Assembly: GCF_009914755.1 (NCBI RefSeq)
Contig: NC_060930.1
DNA: 64,000 nucleotides
Source: the human T2T-CHM13v2.0 reference genome, Homo sapiens
Strand: one strand, 5' to 3'
The position numbers and the translations under genes are program-made. The notes below the pieces were generated by a model. It saw only the letters and a program-made list of their open reading frames with translations, did no database searches and was not told the origin of the DNA. Below are positions 55,641 to 64,000 of this stretch, piece by piece (the first letter of the stretch is position 1; the number at the start of each line of letters is the position of its first letter).

Positions 55641-56982
55641 CCTCAGAGCACAGATGCTTTACTGTCAAGAGGCTGAAGACAGCAGATGTGACTACAGCTA
55701 AATGCACACTGACAACATGTAATTCTGGTGTCCAGCCCCCCTTCTACAACCAGGGATGACTGCCTCCCCACATCAGTTACTTTTGCTGATTGACAAATAG
55801 TACCAAAACAGGACAGATTCTGATTCACTATATTTATTAATTATATATTAGCAATTTTCTAAACAAATGGTTTAGAAAAACCCATTTTTCTTAAAAAAAA
55901 TTTTTTTTTCTTAATATTTTATCTCACTGTGGAAAGAATTCCAAGCACTTAAGACAATGCAGCAATGGTTAAAAACAGACTTTGATGTCAGAAATTTGGT
56001 TCTTCCCAGCTGCATTACTTCAGCTAAGTTGTTTCACATGTTTGTGAAGTGAGCAGTGTTTCATGAAGTCGAGCAAAGATTAAAGCATGAAGTTCCTAAC
56101 CCAGTGTCTGGTAAACCAACTTAACTTGGAGGAAATTCGGGGTTGGGTGGGAATAAACCAGGAAGGAAGCAGAGCAAAGCTCATAGAAACCACCTACTGG
56201 CTTAACTTAGGCAAGGTGTAGAGACAACCTGATCTGCTGGTTGGGGTAGGAGGGGAGGGCATGTGAAGAGTGCAAGGAAGCAAGAAAGGTGGGAAAGAAT
56301 AGCCATATGGAGAGATCCTTCATCTCACACTCCCTCTCAGAAACTCTCCCCAGACAATCCTGGGGAGTAAAGTGGGAATTGGCCCAGAAGTAATTGCTTC
56401 CTTCCCTGCAGAAGACACCTTTCAGTGCTAGGGCAGTCCTGCACACAGGTTATAGTGCAGGGCCAAGGAGGGAGAAGGGTCAGGTAAAAGGCCTGGCACT
56501 GAGGGGACACCTCGAAAAGATGTGGCCATCAAGGCAAGCAGGTTAGGAAAGCAACCTAAGCAGGCAGCAGTGACAAAGGAAGAGAGCTCTTTTAGGAAAG
56601 GGATGGTCTCAGAAAATTTGTAGGCAGATGGGGAAGAGAGAAACAGGAAAGGGCAGGAAATAAATGGAGCTGGATCCAGTAAGAAAAGTCTTTGGTACCA
56701 AGAACGCAGTTGGAACGCCAGCCTTGGTAAGCAGGAGGCATGTTTTCCTGTTCAGAGACTAAGAAGAAGGGGACCATTAAACCACAGAGAGATTATGAAG
56801 GGATGAAGGTACTTCACCTAAGGGCAGACTTAATCTCAATGAAGTGGGAAAAAGATTTTGTTAAAGCAGATGGGTCTGCAGTACGTATAATCTGGAGAGA
56901 TCAGGAAAGTAGACTGGGTTTGGGGTAGTAACTATGAAGACAAAAACAACTAGACAATCAGATGAATAAAAACATAGCTGGC

Positions 56983-58367
56983 CGTCATCCTGATATCAAA
57001 ATTTGGCAGAAAAACAACGAAAAAATAAAACTTCAGGCCAATATCCCTGATAAACAGACATAAAATCCTCAACAAAATACTGGCAAACTGAATCTAGCAG
57101 CACATCAAAAAGTTTATTCACCACGATCAAGTAGGCTTTATTTCTGAAATGCCAGATTGGTTCAACATACACAAATCAATATATATGATTCACCACATAA
57201 AGAGAATTAAAAACAAAAACCACATGATCATCTCAATAGACACAGAAAAAGTTTTCGATAAAATCCAACATCCTTTCGTGATAAAAACCCTCAAAACACT
57301 AGGCATCAAAGGAACGTGCCTAAAAATAATAAGAACCATGTATGATCAGATGACAGCCCACATCATACTCAACAGGCAAAAGCTGGAAGCATTCCCCTTC
57401 AGAACTGGAACAAGACAGTCCCAAAAGAAAATAAATCATCCTACCAAAAAGACATGCATACTTGAATATTCACCGCAGCATTATTCACAATAGTAAAGAC
57501 ATAGAATCAACGCAGGTGCTCATCAACAGTGGACTAGATAAAGAAAACGTGGTATCTATACACCATGGAATACTATTCAGCCATAAAAAAGAACAAAATT
57601 GTGTCCTTTGCAGCAACATGGATGCAGCTGAAGGCCATTATCCTAAGCAAACTAAAGCAGAAACAGAAAACCAAATCCCACATATTTTCACATATAAGTG
57701 GGAGATAAACATTGGGTATTCATGGACCTAAAGATGGGAACAATAGACACTGGGGACTACTGGCGGGAGGGAAGAAGGAGAGCAACAGCTGGAAAACTAC
57801 TTATTGTGTACTGTATTAGTCCATTCTTGCACTGCTATAAAGAAATACCTGAGGCTAGGTAACTTATAAAGAAAAGATGTTTAATTGGCTCACGGTTCCA
57901 CAGGCTATACAGGAAGCATGATGCTGGCATCTGCTTGGCTTCTGGGGAGGCCTCAGGAAGCTTACAATCATGGTGGAAGGAGGTGAAGGGGAAGGAGGCA
58001 TGTCTGACATGGCCAAAGCAGGAGGAAGAGGAGAAAGGGAAGAGGTGCCACATGCTTTAAACAACCAGATCTCGTGGGCACTGTTTGAAGAGAACACCAC
58101 CGGTAGGTGGTGCCATTCATGAAAGCCATTCATGAAAGATCCACCCCCATGATCCAATCACCTCCCAGTAGGCTCTACCTCCAACACCAGGGGTTCCAAT
58201 CCAACATAAGATTTAGGCAGGGACACAAATCCAAACCATATCAGGCACTATGCTCACTACCTGAGTGACAGATTCATTCACGCTCCACACCTAAGCATCA
58301 CACAATGTACCTTTGTAACACACCTGTGTATGTACTCCATGAATCTAAAATAAAAGTTTAAATCAAG
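56983..58367 (+). mobile_element. L1PA15/16-like, 5'-truncated and internally deleted
   Basis: ORF2 RT peptide [40 protein letters not shown]; jump to the 3' end at ~57417; 13-bp TSD aaacatagctggc at 56970-56982 and 58368-58380. Confidence 0.93.
57812..58243 (-). mobile_element. MSTA MaLR solo LTR nested in the L1 3'UTR
   Basis: tgtattagtccattcttgcactgctataaagaaatacctgag...ccaaaccatatca. Confidence 0.93.
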
Positions 58368-58978
58368 AAACATAGCTGGCATTAAGTCAGGATTTAAAAG
58401 AATTTTCATATTTAATTCCCCTTTTTCAATGTCTTTGAACATCCACAGGCCCTGACTTTCCAGACTAACAATGATATTCTGATGCCAAAACATCCTTGGA
58501 AATATTCTTTGTTAAAAAATGGTGTATACCACAAACAAGTATAGACAAATGGAGATGTCATTATCAGAACAGAATAATTTGAAATCTCTCAATATTCTTC
58601 CATTGAATAACTTTGTGCAAAAGACAATTTCATTCTTCATGTGGCATAAACAGCGAATAAGAATGCTGCCTGTCCTCAAGAATACTATTATGAAATCCAC
58701 GGGATGAGAAATAAATGCAAACCACCATAGTACATGCACATGAGCATCGTAAACACAGTAAAACGTTATAGTACAAATATTACAGAACAATCCAACTTAA
58801 ATCTAAGATAACTCCTTTAGAGAAACAAGAGGTTGTTGGCTCTCTAATAAAACATTTCAAAATATCTTAAAACTTGATTTCAAGAAGTAACAGTATCAAG
58901 GTCCACAGAGAAGACAAAAAGGTTATGCCAAAAAAAAAATATTTTAGGGTTCTCCATTTTGAAATTATAATTACTGCC

Positions 58979-59346
58979 TGCTATAGCCTGAATATTGCCC
59001 CAAATCATGTGTTAAAACTTAATGCCCACTGTGGTAGTATTAAGAGGAAACACCTTTGGGGAAGTAATTAAGACATGAGTGTTCTGTCCTCACAAATAAA
59101 TTATGCCCTTATAAAAGAGGCTTCAGAGAGAGTCATTCTCATTCTTTTGTTCTCCCACGTGAGAACATCCTCCAGAGGATGCCATGACTAGGCACCATCT
59201 TGGAAGTAGAGAGCAGCCCTCACCAGACACCAATCCTGTAGTGCCTTGATCAGACTTCTCAGCCTCCAGAATTTGAGAAATAAATTTCTATTATTTATAA
59301 ATTACTCTGTAGTATTTTGTTACAGTAGCACAAACAGATTAAGATA
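58979..59346 (+). mobile_element. MLT1A/MSTD MaLR solo LTR
   Basis: tgctatagcctgaat...gcagccctcaccagacacc...; 5-bp TSD ctgcc. Confidence 0.9.
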
Positions 59347-59374
59347 CTGCCAAAGTATGTAAAATCAGTAAAAT

Positions 59375-59580
59375 CATCATTTAGAAATAGAAATGAAACT
59401 TAAGGTGATAAACCCATCTATCTATCTACCCATCTATCAGACATTTAGAAGAAGCCCTGAAGTTTCTTATACCAATGTGAGTCCATAAGATCATACAAAT
59501 ATCCTGAAACACTCATCTATCTCAAAACACCCATCGTTTAGAAATAGAAATGAAACTTAAGGTGATACACCCATCTATCT
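59375..59580. repeat. Dispersed 49-nt direct duplication
   Basis: Copies at 59375-59423 and 59532-59580 with 2 mismatches. Confidence 0.93.
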
Positions 59581-60513
59581 GATCACATTTAAAGATGAGA
59601 AAGATGCATTGTAACACCACAATTTCCTACCAGTGCCCATTACAAAGAACAGGTTAACTGCAGGTGGACTGACCAAGCAGTTCCTCTGGATCTGTGGTCT
59701 AAATGAAACCAAATGGGTACTTCAAGACTGCTCAGGAATGCAGGAGGAAAACAAAGCCAGAGGACTAGCAACTGGCTGGCTACCACCATAGGCATAGACA
59801 CCAGAGGTTGTGCAATGTCAAAGGCATATTTCAAAATATCAAAGTACCTCTCTCAGGGAAATAAAAGATGAAGGATGTCAAGATCTCAACTTACAGAGCA
59901 CAAACCAAACATAAAGCACCTAGATCTTTTTGAAAAGACTAATGCTACAGAGAAAGGTATATACCAGAACTAATCTGCTTTCTCAGCTGTCCTGACCAGG
60001 GGCTAGGTCCAGTGTGGTAATTCCAAGTTTGACAATAAATTTTGATCTTTTCATCTTTTGAATGTACTAAGAAAAAAATGGTTAGCAAACATAAAAATTG
60101 GAAAATAAAGTTCAAGACTTAGAATATGAAAAATTGAATTTTTCCCTTTTTCCTCTCACTGACTTAAGAAGAATTGTGATAAAGCTATATAGTAGCCCAC
60201 AATATCTATCTATACTTGACTACTTGAGTAACTTGTTCCTCTGTGGAATTAGTTGAGACATAAATTATATATAAATAAATAAATAAATACAGAGCAAGAT
60301 GTCACCTTGGAACAAATAATAGCTAATGTGAACAAATCCTCCCATTAATTCCAAAGAATTTTACAAAGAATTTCCAAAATATTTGATAAACAAGATTTCT
60401 TTCTCCAATGTTTTTAAACTGTTAGAACCAGCCAGAGGTCCAAGAAGCCTACTTCATTAGGTATTTCCTCTCCAAGTCATTTGTAACAAAAGTACATAAG
60501 ACAGATGGATGAA

Positions 60514-60846
<333 letters not shown>

Positions 60847-60879
60847 TTAACAGAATTCATTAAAAAGGTACACAGCAGC

Positions 60880-61067
60880 AAGGAATATAACTAATACCTC
60901 TCAATTCCTAATTCCCACCTACCTCTCTCCTCAAAAAGTGTCTCTGCTCGACAGATGGCATCTGTATTCACCCAAATGATCAAAACACTTAGGATTCATT
61001 CTTAACTCCTCCCTTTACTCACAAAATCCAATCCATCGGCAAATCCTACCAATTCTATTTCAAATTA
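60880..61067 (+). mobile_element. L2 fragment (continues after Tigger1)
   Basis: atccaatccatcggcaaatcctaccaattcta. Confidence 0.75.
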
Positions 61068-63758
<2,691 letters not shown>

Positions 63759-64000
63759 TATCATACAGGCGGTCAACTTCTCTCCATTTTCTCTGCCCAC
63801 ACTTTTATCCAATCCTCCAACATCTCTCGCCTGACTACTGTAATAGCCTCTTAATAGGTATATTTTCTTTCACTATTGGCTCCCTAAAATCCATATGCAG
63901 CAAAAGTGATCTCAAACCACACGTGAGACACCACTTCCACTCAACAACTGGCACTAAGAATAAAACTAAAACTCATGACCAAGTCAATTAAGCCCCTAGA
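63759..64000 (+). mobile_element. L2 fragment
   Basis: catctctcgcctgactactgtaatagcctcttaa. Confidence 0.8.

Noticed and set aside
57149-57493. Reverse-transcriptase-like ORF
   Set aside because: It is a fragment of a dead L1 ORF2, not a retron, DGR or novel RT system

Overview
This is primate, almost certainly human, non-coding genomic DNA. It is AT-rich and dominated by interspersed repeats: about 20 Alus (FLAM/J/S/Y), many MIR and L2 relics, seven L1 fragments, MaLR solo LTRs (MLT1/MST), a MER74 LTR, an internally deleted HERV-L provirus, and DNA-transposon fossils. The DNA-transposon fossils include a near full-length Tigger1, Tigger2, Tigger3a, MER2, MER47, MER5 and a fragmented Charlie/hAT element. 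I recognise no functional protein-coding exon, RNA gene or CRISPR-like system. The supplied ORFs are Alu/L1/ERV-derived or chance frames. All L1 pieces lie on the + strand and the + strand looks A-rich, which suggests an intron of a gene transcribed on the - strand; I cannot name that gene. The most notable items are a strong CTCF motif, promoter/enhancer-like islands, several candidate - strand cassette or micro-exons, unusual nested TE structures (a nearly abutting inverted Alu-arm hairpin, a trimeric Alu), and recurrent short duplications with inverted junctions. Repeat family and subfamily names come from recall of consensus sequences, not from a database search.
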